NCBI GenBank assembly: GCA_964016885.1
Contig: OZ024743.1
Coordinates: 158,596,001 to 158,660,000, forward strand
Length of the DNA: 64,000 nt
Source: Eledone cirrhosa
Taxonomy: Eukaryota
Reading direction: 5' to 3'
Shown: positions 1 to 13,263 of the stretch, piece after piece
How the letters are laid out: every line of letters begins with the position of its first letter
Numbering within the stretch: the first letter of the stretch is position 1
Position numbers and translations under genes: made by a program
Notes under the pieces: model-generated
Databases searched by the model: none
Told to the model about the DNA's origin: nothing
The model's input: only the letters and a program-made list of their open reading frames with translations

Positions 1-336
1 GGCTGTTGCAGTGGCGCCCCACTTCGTCAAACAGCACATCGTCCTTCATCCTCTCGCGCGTGAGCAGCGGCTATTGCAGTGGCGTCTTTGCTTCGTAGAA
101 CGGCATGTCGTCCTTCATCTTCTTCAGTGCGAGTAGCAGCAGTCGCGGCAGCATCTTTGTTCCGTCAAAGTTCACGCCGACTGTCATCCTCCTCCACTCT
201 TGCAGCTGCCGTCTGCACACCATTCTGTGAGAGCCTGATCGCAGTCACATTTACATCTTCGGTGAGACGCCTTCGCTTAGACCTACTTGCATCATTAGAT
301 AATCAACCAATGAAAGTTCTTTACTTGGGGGGGCAT
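1..336 (-). mobile_element. Degenerate Helitron Rep/helicase N-terminus (runs off the window)
   Basis: Minus strand, allowing one frameshift in a C-run, reads MPPK*RTFIG*LSNDASRSKRRRLTEDVNVTAIRLSQNGVQTAAARVEEDDSRREL*RNKDAAATAATRTEEDEGRHAVLRSKDATAIAAAHAREDEGR. An MPPK start, a basic patch and ~23-aa charged repeats are typical of animal Helitron RepHel N-termini. Several stops are TGA at expected Arg (CGA) positions. Confidence 0.6.
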
Positions 337-980
337 TGTTTTTAGAGAATTAACCAGGGAGGACAATAAATAATGGACAAATAACGTTTAAGTAAGCAAA
401 TCTAAACACGGATATAAATTGTGAAAATATGTGATAAATCTATGTGGTCTGAGAAAGTGGGTATATTTTGCAAGATTTTGTGTACCAGTCAAATTTCATG
501 TTTTAAGTTATGGGCAACGCAGCGTACGAACTACCTGTGATAAAGGAAATTAAATAGTGTGGCTACAGTGGTAGGTATATAAGTGTCAGTATGTTTGTTC
601 AGTTCGAACATAGCAATAAGTAAGTACTAACCATTGAAAGGATACACTAAAAAATGGCCGAAAAATCACAGCATGATAAACTGGAACCTTATGACCATAA
701 ACACATTAACTAAACCTCCTTTAATGTAACAAATATTGAAGAAGCGTGCGTTTCAGAAACATGGGGTAGCTTATGAGAGTACGCATGTAAAAAAACCTAC
801 TACTTGGCAAAAGTAAAAAAAGAAGTGTAATCCTAGGTCAGACTTGACCAATATAAATAGGAATGATTTCGCTCAATGAACAACACTCGAGTTGTCTGAT
901 TGGTTAGATAATACAAATAAGTGTGATGAAATCTACTGAACACAACTCAATGATGTGTGGTTGGCCAGAGGTTGCCATTT

Positions 981-1248
981 CACACTTAATTGAGGGGCAA
1001 TTAAACGGGGGAGACAACCGGGTGCAAAAACTAATCAATCATTCGCACAGTTTAGGCATGAGTGTGAAATAGCACAATCCACATACAGTGGGTGTTAAAA
1101 TTTACACCTGGGTTAAATCGCACTTTCTTGGTTAGGAGTGTGAAATGACGCCAAAGTTCAAGGAAAAAAATTTAACTCCCCATTCCGCACTTAATTGTGG
1201 TGCAATTATACGGGGCAGACAACCGGGTGCAAAATTAAATTCAATCAT
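981..1248. repeat. Two imperfect ~62-bp direct repeats (981-1042, 1186-1248), probably Helitron 5' region
   Basis: CACACTTAATTGAGGGGCAATTAAACGGGGGAGACAACCGGGTGCAAAAACTAATCAATCAT vs CGCACTTAATTGTGGTGCAATTATACGGGGCAGACAACCGGGTGCAAAATTAAATTCAATCAT. Confidence 0.7.
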
Positions 1249-1874
1249 CCTAAAGTTAACTAAACAAACTAAAGTTAAGTCAGGACGATTTAAAAATTCG
1301 CTACTCCATTTGTAGAACATGAGTAACCGATGCGTCAACTTTCGTTTACATTGATTTTTATTTCCAGAAGTTGAAATGCTTTGCTGCAACCATAATATGA
1401 ACTTTAAAAGTGGTCCAAAGGGGCTCACTGCCCTCCCTAGGGGGTTCCCTTGCAAAATTCAAGTGATAACGAATGTGTGGTGCTTTATCTTATGGCAGGC
1501 AATAACCATTTCGTTTAGTTTTTTAAGAATCAAGTATAAACTCCCAAGGTTATGGTGCTTTTTTATTGTGGTAGTTTGAACTTTTATAGGTTAATGGATT
1601 GGGCTCATTGTCCCTGAGGGCTCCTCTTGCTGAATTGAAATGAAAGTAAATGTGCCTCACTGTATCTTCATCTGTAGTACATGAATAACAACTAATTTGA
1701 AATTCGTTTTATTGGCCAACCAATTATCGAAGCTATGACGCTTTGCTGCATTACAATAGCCAAATTCAATAAATGACTCGCCGGGGCTTACTGCTCCCTG
1801 GGGGTCCCCTTGCTTGTTCCGGGTATAGACAGTGTCTTCAACATCATCTTTAGGCAAGGTTCATTTTTACATCT

Positions 1875-3353
1875 ACATCATCATCATCATCATCATCATC
1901 ATCGTTTAACGTCCATTTTCCATGCTAGCATGGGTCTGGACGGGAATTGTCCCCTTGAGGCAAGATTGGTTGTCTTGCTCAGGACTGTCTGGCGGGTTTT
2001 CTACGGCTGGATGCCCTTCCTAACACCAACCACGTTTACAGTGTGGACTGGGAGATTTTTACCGTGTTACCTACACGGCCACATTACAGCGTGGACTGTG
2101 TGTTTTATTGTCGTGACACCTACATGTCTGGCGGGTTTTTTACGGCTGGGTGCCCTTCCTAACAACAACCACATTTACAGTATGTACTGGGAGGTTTTTA
2201 CCGTGTTACCTACACGGCCACATTACAGCGTGGACTGTGTGTTTTTTTGTCGTGACACCTACACGACCTCATTTGTTTCGGACTGGATGTTGTGGCACCA
2301 ACATAATTTCACATTTTAGGGGGTGGTGTGGATGGGGTGGGGGTAGTGGGACGAGGGTGTATTTTGTTAGAGGTGCCTACTGACTGTAGGCGGATCTTCT
2401 GTATAACTGTGTAGCGCCAAAGATCTCGGTCCAGTGACATTGTCTTGGAGAGGTGTAAGTGTGTGAGGTCGGAATTTATCAAGTCGTCCCAGGTTTTTCT
2501 GGGTCTGCCTACTCCGTGGCTACCGTCTATTTTTATCGCCCTGCACTTTTTTATACAGCTGTCTTTCATGTGCATCACGTGACCGTACCAACGTAGTCTT
2601 CTCTCGAGTAAACAACATCTGATCCCTCTTATTCCTAATTTCTTAGTTCATTTATGCTTTGCCATTCACGTATATTACTATTACACATCCAGCGGAGCAT
2701 GCAAGCTTCGTTTCTCTCCAGTCTGCGTATATCCTTTGCACACAATGCCCAGGTCTCACTGCCATGTAACATTGCTGTTCGTATGCAGGCATCTTACAGC
2801 CTGCCTTTCATTTTTAGAGAGAACCCTTTAGCGGCCAATAGTGGTATAAGCTCTCTGAACTTTTTCCATCCTGTTCTGACTCTAGCTACTGTACTTTCAG
2901 AGTACCCTCCTCCACTGCTGATTTTATCACCCAGGTAACGGAAGCTGTCCACTATTTCTATAGAACCATCTGTGCAATGGAATGAGCTAGTATTCTGTGG
3001 GCACTTGCTGCTACTTATTGCACCAGAGCACCGGCCACATATAAAATCTATATTCTTAGTTAGCTTACCTGTGATCCCACTACATCTTTTATGCACCCAT
3101 ACTTTGCATTTGGGACATAAAATGGAGTTTCTGCCTACTCCTTTCCTACACACTGAGCATGGCCATTTCCCAGATGGGACCGGTGCCCTATTTTCCTTCC
3201 TACAAACTAGAACTTTAGTCTTAGACAAGTTAACTAAGGCCTTTTGATTCTAGGCCATGCTTCCATGTTTGGATTTTCTTCTCTAGTTCCGCCATTGATT
3301 CAGCTATGAGTGTTAGATCATCTGCATATAGGAGTTCCCATGGGCAGCCGGTC
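1875..3353 (-). mobile_element. 5'-truncated RTE-clade LINE (RT C-terminus with PHD-like finger, 3' UTR, (GAT)n tail)
   Basis: Minus strand has ELLYADDL, then SKTKVLVC...CSVC...HKRC...CGRC...FRYLGDKISSGGG...ARVRTGWKKFREL, LRWYGHV and GRPRKTW. The tail is (CAT)n on + at ~1876-1902. A ~138-bp tandem duplication lies in the 3' UTR (~1987-2262). Confidence 0.9.
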
Positions 3354-3710
3354 TATGCTAGCTAAATTGAATGTTTGTCATGCTTAATAAAAGTTAGCTA
3401 TTTCTTACCAATCCATACATAAGTTTTATTCTGCATAACTTTTGCACAAAAGAAGGAAACACAAAACTGAAACAAAGAAAACTATACAAACTCAGTATAG
3501 TTGGTGTGCAGCTTTTGATTTTATTCTGTTGGGCTAGGAAATCACTAGTGGTAATGATGGTAAGAGTGTGGCGTATTGTTGTGAGGGAGCTATTGCTTTA
3601 CATTTTACAGTCTTAAAATTAGGAAGGAGACACATTGGATTATACAATCCTTGGAATACTGTTTTGAAGAGAAAAAACAGGCTATATGGTCATGGCTGGG
3701 GTGTCTTTAA

Positions 3711-3907
3711 CCCTTTAGCATTGACATTACTGTTTACTATTATATTTTCACAAATTATCTCGCATAATATTGAATCTATGAGATTTTGATATTATTTATT
3801 TTGAGAACAATACCTTGACATAAGTACGAATGGCTTGTTACAGCCGGTTTGAACAGAAAGAGGTGACAGAATTCTGGCTGGATACGGCCGGTTTACGTGC
3901 TAAAGAG
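3711..3907. mobile_element. piggyBac-type MITE
   Basis: TTAA|CCCTTTAGCA ... TGCTAAAGAG|TTAA: TIRs with 1 mismatch and a TTAA target duplication. It interrupts a copy of the abundant dispersed repeat. Confidence 0.8.
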
Positions 3908-4149
3908 TTAAGCATAGATCTACTAGATCAGGGGTGACCTAGAGATAAATAATAACTTATGATTCATGTTTTTTCTCTGAATTATTTCTTCAGTCTTGGA
4001 GGCAGTAGTACTCATGGTGACATTGTTGTGAGGGAGCCTCTACACAAATCTTTGTGGCACTTTGCTGAACCTGTTTAATTCAGCAGTTAGATCCAGCTTT
4101 AATTAAATTTCTACCCATCTTAGAATACTGGCAAAGTGTACTCATCACT

Positions 4150-4545
4150 CACTCTCATTCTTTGATTCCATTCTGTTCTTATTCTAGCCACTGTGCAATT
4201 AAAGCAACCTCCTCCACTGCTAATTGGGTCAGCTAAGTAACAAAAACTATAAACTACTTCTATAAACCTTCATGGGATTAGAAAATGTTTATTTCATTAA
4301 TGCTCTCACTACCAACTAGTCCAGTACATCTACCACTTACAAAGTTTACCTTTGGTTTTTAAGTTTACTCTAAGCCCTTTTGATCTTAATTTCTGTTTCC
4401 ACAACTGGAATTTCTTCTATGGCCCTTCTTCAGATTCAGCTATAAAAACCAGGTTTCAGCATATATTAAACAGCAGTGGTCTAAGGATGGATCCCTAATG
4501 AACACCTACCTGCACATTGAATTTCTCACTAAACTCATTACCTAT
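4150..4545 (-). mobile_element. Old RTE LINE fragments
   Basis: Minus strand carries degenerate ISSGGGC..TVARIR and NEFSEKFNVQVGVH*GSIL.PLLFNI motifs of the same RTE family. Confidence 0.6.
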
Positions 4546-4774
4546 GTAAAAAAAGTTTGTGATTTCCTTGGTTTTATGAAACTTTTGTTGTGACCCACCA
4601 ACATTTTGTATGAATCACATTGTGCATCACTGATTTAAGGCAGGAGTCCCCAACTTTTTATCACCACAGTCAAAATATATCTCCAGTTTTTTTTAAATAT
4701 TTAAATGAATATCATTTTCCCCAACCATTGGTAAAAATCACTTAGCTTTAATCATTTTTTATTTAGACATAGTG

Positions 4775-5330
4775 TATTTAGGACTACATTATCCAATGTG
4801 TCCTTTTTTAAGAGGTGTGATGTGAGGAAAATTTAGCTGCTGTTTCAAGTTAAGTTGATTGACCATGTAGAGGCTTCCACATGGGGTTGTTGTAGTTCTT
4901 TAATTCCAGGCCAGTCATGATTGAGCACACACACACCTATGATCAAAAGCATTCCAGTCATGACCATCCTATTTCCATTTTTTTCAGTCATTATGTATCT
5001 AGAATTACATTATCCAATATAATGTATTTTTAAAGACAGTATTATGTAACATGGGGAAGATATATCTGTTATTTCTAGTGGGTTGAAGCCTGCATGAAGT
5101 CTTCATTCTTTGTTTTTAATCTCAAGCCAGCCTTGATCAAACAAACCTATAATTAAAAGCATTCCAGCCATAACAATCCTGTCTTTTCCCAGTGTACAGA
5201 GAACCCTAGGCAACATGCTCCAATATGCCCCCCCCCCCTTTTTTTTTTAAAAAGGAAAACAGGATGTGATTTTGAGGGAGATTTGGCTGCTATTTCCAGT
5301 GGGTCTAAAGACTCCTTCATTGGGTCAGGG
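4775..5330 (+). repeat. Cluster of an abundant dispersed repeat (SINE-like), with many further copies across the window
   Basis: Recurring motifs CCTATGATCAAAGGCATTCCAGCCATGACCATCC, GACTACATTATCCAATGTGTCC and GATTTGAGGGAGATTTGGCTGCTATTTCTAG. Also seen near 5.9, 6.7, 8.5, 10.2, 22.2-24.4, 31.0-31.9, 51.9, 52.3, 55.0-56.6 and 57.3 kb. Confidence 0.7.
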
Positions 5331-6150
5331 GCTAGCTAATGTTCTAGTTTGCTGAATCAAAGTATTTCAAGCATGTGAGAATATTGAAGGGGTGGGTTCT
5401 TGGCTGTTAGTCAGGAGTGCAACACTTTAAAAGAATGTTAATTAAATCAAAATTTCGATGTGTTGGAAACAATGGTTCTTATTTGATATTCATTCCCCTT
5501 GTTTCCTTGCTCTGCTGCTGTTCCAGGAATTCCTTTTCTCCACTTTCAGTTCTGGGAGAACCCTTTTCTCCTTAACCCTCGCTCATTTGACTCACACTAC
5601 TTGAAAGGGAACATCTCCCTTCTCATCCCCTTTGACTTCTCTTCTCAGTACTCTCCCACACCTCCATATATTCTCCCTCCTCCTTTTCCTTGCATTTCCT
5701 CTTCTCTCTATACCTCTCTTTGTGTTAGTTTTCACTCTTTCTCTTATTCTCTGTTACCTCTTTTCCTCTACACAACACCTTCTTTCTCCCCCTCCTCTCC
5801 CTATCGCATATCTTTTCCTCCAGCAGCGGGAGCTTCAACGTGGTCACTCAACCTGCATGAAATAGCAGTGAAATCTCTTGAATCACATACTACCATATTA
5901 GAAAATAATGGAAGTTGTCTTGAGCTTCCTGCACATAGAAAAAGTACAGGGTTGGTCATGACTGGAATGCCGTTGATCATAGGTTAGTTTGATAAGGCAA
6001 ACCTAACAATATCTCTTTCTCTTTCAGCTACATCTTTCTCATTCTGACACTTCTCTTTCTTTTAACCACATCTCCCCCCCCCTCTCTTCTCTCTCTCTCT
6101 CTTTGCTCTCATTTTCCTTTTCTACTCCTATATATTTTTCTCTACTAAAA

Positions 6151-6189
<39 letters not shown>

Positions 6190-7253
6190 CTTACAATGTA
6201 CCCTCTTCCTTCCTTGTTTCCATCTTCTGGGTGCTCCCCCCTCTAATTATGTCACCTTTCATAGTTATAACCCACACAGTCCCCCTCCTTGATATTTTCC
6301 TCATTGCTGGGCTGCTATTGCTGCCTCCACCACCATCACCATTACCACCTCACTTCTTTCTTTAATGCTTTCATCTCTTTTCACTTTCACTCAACTTCCC
6401 ACTTCCTTTCCTTCATACTTTCCTCTTTCACTCTCACTCAAAATCCTTGTCTCTGGTCTCCATTCTCCACACTTTCAAGCCTCCTTTCTCTCAAGCCCTC
6501 CACTCCACCCTGTCATTCTCTCTGTCCCATTTCTCTAACACCTCGACCCCCCTCCCCAACATTAAATGACTCAATATTCAGTATTAAAGGCAGGTATGTG
6601 GGTGACTGCATCTGGGTTATGAGGATAGTGTGGAGTGTCCCAACAATTTATCATTACCAGTCATGTAAATGCAACTGCAAATATGATTGTCTGATGGTAG
6701 TAGTGATGCTGTTTTGGCCTAGATCATTTCTAGTTAAGTATATTGATGATCAAAGCCATTCCAGCCATGACTATCACATATTTTTGATTACCTAAGACTA
6801 CTTTCGTCAATGTACCTTAAAAAGAAATGATAGTTTGATTGGAGTAAATTAAGCTGCTATTCCTAGCAGGTTGAGCAACTATGTAGAGGTTTTTTACTTA
6901 GTTAATGTAGTAATGGTAATGTGGGGAAGAAGTGTACAGGAGATCCTTTTTTTTTTTTTTGTTTTTTTTTTTTACTTCATTGTCACTATCAGAATTGTTA
7001 AGAACTTCATTAGCATATGTTGTGTATGCATAAATAGTGTGCATTGTGTGTGTGTGTGTGTGTGTTCATTTGGTTACTGCTTCATATGCATTGGAGCAAG
7101 TGGTATCAACCTTAAAGCACTGAAACCGTGAGGATCTCCAGCAGTCGACTGATAAGGGACTGCTTTATGTTTCATCCATATTTATGTTGGCTTTGCCCAC
7201 CTTTTTTCATTTCTTTTGTATGATCTTAGCCATGCGGGGACACTTTTTCAAAT

Positions 7254-7307
<54 letters not shown>

Positions 7308-7394
7308 TGCATTGTGTGTGTGTGTGTAATAGAAGCTGTCAACTATTTCCAGAATGCTTTCTGGGTATTTGAGGGAAATTACTTTGTGTGTAAT

Positions 7395-7485
7395 CTTACA
7401 CATATGAAGTTTACCTATCAGCCTTTCTGTAATCCCACCACATCTCTTGTGTGTGCAGTTTGAATTCCTACTTACTAAGGGCATC
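7395..7485 (-). mobile_element. RTE fragment (PHD-finger region)
   Basis: Minus strand translates as VSRNSNCTHKRCGGITERLIGK, matching the RTE at 1875-3353. Confidence 0.55.
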
Positions 7486-10364
7486 TATCTGGTCATAGAA
7501 AAACTATCTTATCCAACCCATTCCAACATGGAAAAGCAGACATAAAGATGATTCAGAAGATGATGATGATAATGATGAGTATGACTCAAATGTGAGTCAT
7601 GTTTAAATTTTATAAAAGGTCAGCCAATAATACTACATCTAAGTTTTACTGGTGTATGCAAAAATCTTATGTGAAAATGGTTTTTCCATGTAACCAAATA
7701 TATATGCACACTAAATGTATATTAACTATATTAATTTCTTTTGTGTTCTCTGCACACATGCATTCATTAGAGGGAATAGTATTAGTCACTCGCCATGCTC
7801 GAAGTTTTTGTTGGGACAACAGAGGGTGGATTCAGTGTATTGGTGTGCCAGTCATTATATTATGTTGGTGAGTGAATGTTTCATAATCATTCGGACTGCC
7901 ATCTTGTATATAAAACTTAGAATATTTGGTGTAGAACAACAGTGGTGAGCCAGATATGTGAGCAGTACTCTAATATGAGTCACATTTGTATTTTGTAAAG
8001 GGCTAATCACTAATCAAGGCTGAAGTATTTTTGGGGATGAAGATTTGGAAGCAATGTTATACTTCAAAGGAGCAGCTATATACTGTTTTGCTATATATTT
8101 GGGGTCAGCCACTGATAAGAACTTATGCAGTTTATAGTCTCTCTCGCCCCCATCTGCACAAATACAAAAAGAATCCTGACTTTTGAATTGAAGAGACCAC
8201 TATATTTGATACATAGCTGTTTTATATGTGATGCAGTATGTTGTGCAACTGGGACTGAGTCAACTTCTCCACCATGTGGTGGTCCTTGCAGAAGCATTTG
8301 TTATAATTTTTGTCAATGATGCTCTATGTATGAAAGCATATGTTGATGAATGATAATGATATACATACATACGTCATAACTGTTTATCGTATATTTGCCG
8401 ACCATCAGACATGATAAGGCATTTAAAAATGTATAACTATAAATATGTATATTTAGTGTATAAAACAAGTATCACTATAGCTGTGTAATTCCAATGAAGT
8501 GTGGCCAATATTTTGGGGAGCTATGTTGTTTTATGTTGTTGTTTATCTCTAATCAGTCTTGATCAAACAAACCTATGACCAGAGACATTCCAACCATGTC
8601 CTCCCCCTCCTCCTTTAATTGCTGTCCTCCCTGCTTGCAAAGGTTGGATGGGTTTTCACAGACCGTCAGTACTCAAGCAGGGCTACTGACATCTCTGGTA
8701 TGCTAGGGGCCTGCATCTTGCTTACATACACTCTCATGCTCTACCGAATGCATTTTATTGTGATACCAGATACCAGCACTAAGGAGATTCTTATGTCTGA
8801 CACAGCTGAAGATCTGCCCAAACCTTTGTATGGCAGGTTTTCTATGGCTGGATACCCTATCACCAATTGATTTACAGAGTGTCCTTTATTTATACATAGT
8901 ATATCATGGACTCTTTTAAGAGTTGTAATTTGAGAGAGACATTTGGCTGCTCAATCTAGCCGAACAACCTGTAGAAGCAGGCTCATTGTCTCATGCTGAA
9001 ATATGTATTTCTGTGATACATGTTTAATGTATATCTTGGGCAAGATCAAGAAACATAGACATACTTTGTTGTAGACCTGTCCAACAACCCATACCAGTAA
9101 GTTTAGATCGAAGATGATGGTGATGATAATAATTGCAATGACAAAATTGTCTTTTTTTTCTATTGCTGTTATTATTCTTGTTAATAATGCATTTTGAATT
9201 TGAGACAGGATGGTGAGACAAATTTATACAAATTGTATTTATATACCTGGTAAAATAGGTATTTAGGTGAGGATTACATATTATCTTTCACACTTTTGTT
9301 TTGTTCTCAACCGTCACAAGTGTCAAACCTGTTTGAGCATAGCCCGCATAATTTACATACTAGACATTACAATTCACGACTAAAGACAAAAGCCAGCAGG
9401 TATAGCTGTCTAGTTAACAAGTTCCACTTTCAACCTCAGTACACAGCATCTTTCTCAAGTGCCTTTCACTTCACTATATCCTTGGGTTGACTAATATCTT
9501 GTGATTAGAATTTAGTGGACAGAAACTATGAAGGAGTCCATCATGTGTGTGGCTGTGTGTATGTATGTGCGTGTACATGTATGTGTGTGTTCACAAATAT
9601 TTTAACAATAGTTGAGGGAAAATATTTCAGGAGAATGTCTTGCATTCTAAGAACAAATATGTTAGGGTTCACATATGTAGTATAGAGTGAGTTTAGTTGA
9701 AAAACTTTGATAAACATGCATTATTCTTGCAATTAGTTGACAAAAACTCTCTAGAGGTGATAAGAGTCTTTAAAAAAAACAACAGCAAGGGAGATAATTC
9801 TAATTAATTAAAATTTTGGAAAATATAGTGAATACAGGTTGGGATTTGATCTGGTTTGTAAATGAACTGGTGAAAAACAAGACATATTTTGATTGCATTA
9901 AATCTCTTCAGCAAAGCATATTCTGTTCAGTTGGCATAACTAAGAGAAATATATATATAGAGAAATAGAGGGACTGTTGTGATACTGATTATAGATATCA
10001 ATACTCACATTTTTTATTCTTACTCCAGAATACATGGAAATGCTTGGGTCAAAAAACCAAACAAGATGAACCCCTTCAAACAACAAAGATGAATTTAAAA
10101 TTTAACTATATACTTTAGTATTCTAATTTACACTATCATCACCATTTAATGTCTATTTTTAGTCACAGGATTAGTCAGGATTTACTCTCTGATTGAGCAG
10201 ACCTATGATCAAAGGTTTTTCCAGAGTGTACCTTGAGCTGCATTATACAATATATCCTTCACTTTTTCTTTTTAAGAAAATAGCAAGATTTCAGAGAGAT
10301 TTTGTGTCTCTTTCTAGGATTGCATGTTTAAAAGTTGCCCCAATTTTTTCATTGTATTTTTAAT

Positions 10365-10850
10365 AATAATGGTGATGATGTTGGTAGTGGTGCTACCTCT
10401 GCTTCTGTTATTGATTATGATGCTGTTATTGATTATGATGCTGGTAGTAATAGTTATGAAGATGATGATGACAATAACGGTGACAACGACTATGTTGTTA
10501 TGATGGTGATTGTGATGATGGTTATATTGATAATCATGAAGATAGTGGGGATTATGAGGATAATGGCGATTATGATGATGTTATCTATAATGTTGATTGT
10601 GATGGTGATAATAATCCTGGTGATTGTGATGATGATAACAATAATGATTATTGTGATGATGGTAATTATAATTATGATGGTGGTGGTGGTAATAATGGTG
10701 TTGATTATGATGATGGTAATTATAATTATTATGATGATAATGATTATTATGATGATGATTTTGGTGATGGTGGTAATTGTGGTAATAATGGTGTTGATTA
10801 TGATGATAATGATAATTGACAATTATGATGATGATGGTGATGGTGGTATG
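10365..10850. repeat. Degenerate (GAT/ATT/GGT)n trinucleotide microsatellite
   Basis: Direct inspection; explains the spurious M/I/V-rich and I/T-rich ORFs. Confidence 0.95.
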
Positions 10851-11224
10851 AAGATGGAAGTTGTGTTTTTCTTTTGTTATTCAATATAATTTCTAAATAT
10901 TTGTCAGATTACAGATGTCGTTCAGTTGGGTGGCCGGGTGGTGAATTAAATATAAAAATATTTTCGAAATATTGATATATAGAATGAATGGCCTCTACTT
11001 GTGTTGGAGAGCCATGTATGGAAGTAGTAGAATTAGGTTAGATTGTTTTTGGTTTTGTTGTTTCTTGTCTGTATTTTATATTCATGTGTGCTTCTAAGTG
11101 TGTTTCATGTGTGTGTGTGTGTGTGTACATCGTACCTGCATGTGTCTGTGTATCTTGTTTGTATATGTGTGTATCTATATTTGTGTGTACATGTGTTGTT
11201 TGTGCATGCATGTTTTGTGTATAC

Positions 11225-11257
<33 letters not shown>

Positions 11258-11804
11258 GCTCTAAGTGCTTGGCAAAGATTATTGTGTAGATAATTGTGGC
11301 CTTAGGTGATGTTTATCTCTCCAGGCTTTTGACATACATGACAGATGCTGAGAGATTTATCATGTCTCTATAGAATTATGGCTTCTACAGTGGGTGAAAT
11401 AGGGATGGAAAGTGGGTTGTTGATTATCTTCTTCCTCTTACTGAGGAGCTGAACATTAATATTATGTCAAGGAGCAGGGTGAGGAGGTAGATGAGAGGGG
11501 GGGGGGGGAAAGGGCATGGAGAGAGAGACGGGGGGAGGGGGAGTCCAAGTTCAAGAGAGATGTAATAATACAAAGGAAAATAAGAATTAATAGAGGTGGG
11601 GATTTTTCTAAAGAGAAACCTGATATTTTAGCTTGCAAAATAAGTGTTTTTTATACATATAATACTAAACTTATACTTTCTGATGCACATGTATGTATGT
11701 ATGCATATATATATATGCAAAGGTAAACAGAAATAACAAAGCAAACAACACAGTAAAATGAAGAAATATTTTATTAGTTTTACACTTGATATAGTAGGAA
11801 AAGA

Positions 11805-11838
11805 GTCTTAACGTTTCAGACGCTAGTCCTTCATCAGA
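11805..11838 (-). ncRNA. Minimal Penelope-type hammerhead ribozyme motif (degenerate)
   Basis: Minus strand reads CTGATGA A GGAC TAGC GTCT GAAA CG TT AAGAC. The core is intact and stem II is GGAC/GTCT; stem I is weak and abuts the CR1 insertion. Confidence 0.5.
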
Positions 11839-11841
11839 ATG

Positions 11842-12831
11842 CCACAGTACTGAAATATGCAGATGACATCAAGCTGTACCTTGAAATCAAAAGGACAGAT
11901 CCTGAAATCTATAACTCTTTCCTACAATCAGACCTGGACACAATGCAGCAATGGATCACAGACTGGCAACTGAAGCTGGCTGTGGACAAATGTACCACCA
12001 TGCATTTTGTGAAGAAAAATCCAGCGTCCATTTACTCCCTCCACAACACTGATATCAAGAAGTCCTCTTGTGAATGTGACCTGGGCATTACTTTCAGCAG
12101 CGATTTGCGTTGGACAAAGCACGTCTCTAAAATTGTCAAGAAGGCCGAGGGTGTCTTGGCATCACTCAGCAAAACCTTTGTTAGCCGCTCTCCAGCCATC
12201 TATTTAAAGCTGTATACAGCTATGGTACGACCACACTTGGAATTCGCATCATCAGTTTGGAACTCCTATCTTGCTCAGAACATTGACTTCCTGGAAACTG
12301 TGTTCAGAGACGTGCAACCAAGCGCATACCCTCCATCAAACACCTACCATACTCTAAACGCCTTGCTTCCCTGGGCATGGATTCATTGAAGCTCCGACGT
12401 CTGGCAATGGACTTGGTAAACACCCACAAAGTTATTAACCATCTCGCCAACAACAACCCTGAGCACCTTTTTGATTTCCATGTGTCTAACACACGTAGAC
12501 ATGCCTACAAAATCAGAAAACAGCACAGCTCCCACGACTTTCGGAAACATTTTTTCATGCTTATAGTTGCTGAAGCATGGAACAAACTACCTGTGTCAGT
12601 TGTTAGCTGCTGAGACACTGCATCCTTTAAAACCTCCATGCTTCCCGAAATTCGCCAAAACTACACCTGATGTCCCCCTTCCATACACATGCACACATGT
12701 GTATATCATGACTCATGCACTGTTCATTTTCCTGACGTTTGTACATTACCCTATGTACTATACATACACTTTTGATGAGTTGTAGTGCACCTGAGCACTG
12801 TACACAATATTTTCATTATTATTATTAAGAT
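11842..12831 (+). mobile_element. 5'-truncated CR1-group LINE (RT C-terminus, 3' UTR, (ATT)n tail)
   Basis: LKYADDIKLY...LQSDLD...DLGITFSSDLRWTKHV...LYTAMVRPHLEFASSVW...AWNKLP. (ATT)n tail at ~12815-12826. Possible AGAATG TSD at 11836-11841 and 12832-12837. Confidence 0.9.
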
Positions 12832-12891
12832 AGAATGAGAAATAACGAAGAAATAGAAAGATTAAGGAAATGGGCAGGGAGGAAACAGAAA

Positions 12892-12922
<31 letters not shown>

Positions 12923-13263
12923 AATAAACGTATATTTTATCTTGTTAAATAAATATAACAAATGCAAAGAATGTCCTTCCATGCCTCTGGAACATATCTT
13001 AAACATTGGAAATTTAAGATGTTAACTAACTCCAGTGTATCTGAAATTTTATTGATTATCATTTTTTTTCATCACAATGCTTCTATGTACAATTTAAAAA
13101 AAATAAAACAACCCCCTAATAAGGAAAAATTTTGTCTTATTTTCAAAATGTTTTTCATTTTTGAAAATGTTAATTTTTTTTTAATTTAAATTTATATAGA
13201 AGAAATCTGTGTATTGTTTTATTTTCACAAAAAATCTAAGAATTATTTCCAATATTGTTTCAG

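Noticed and set aside
79-345. + strand 88-aa ORF
   Set aside because: Antisense shadow of the Helitron remnant.
8373-8415. Hammerhead-like CTGATGG TCG..CGA TAAA on the minus strand
   Set aside because: Two core mismatches.
9885-9915. Hammerhead-like CTGAAGA GATT..AATC AAAA on the minus strand
   Set aside because: The GAAA box is mutated and there is no stem I; at best a dead remnant.
10335-10889. Membrane-protein-like ORF
   Set aside because: Trinucleotide microsatellite.
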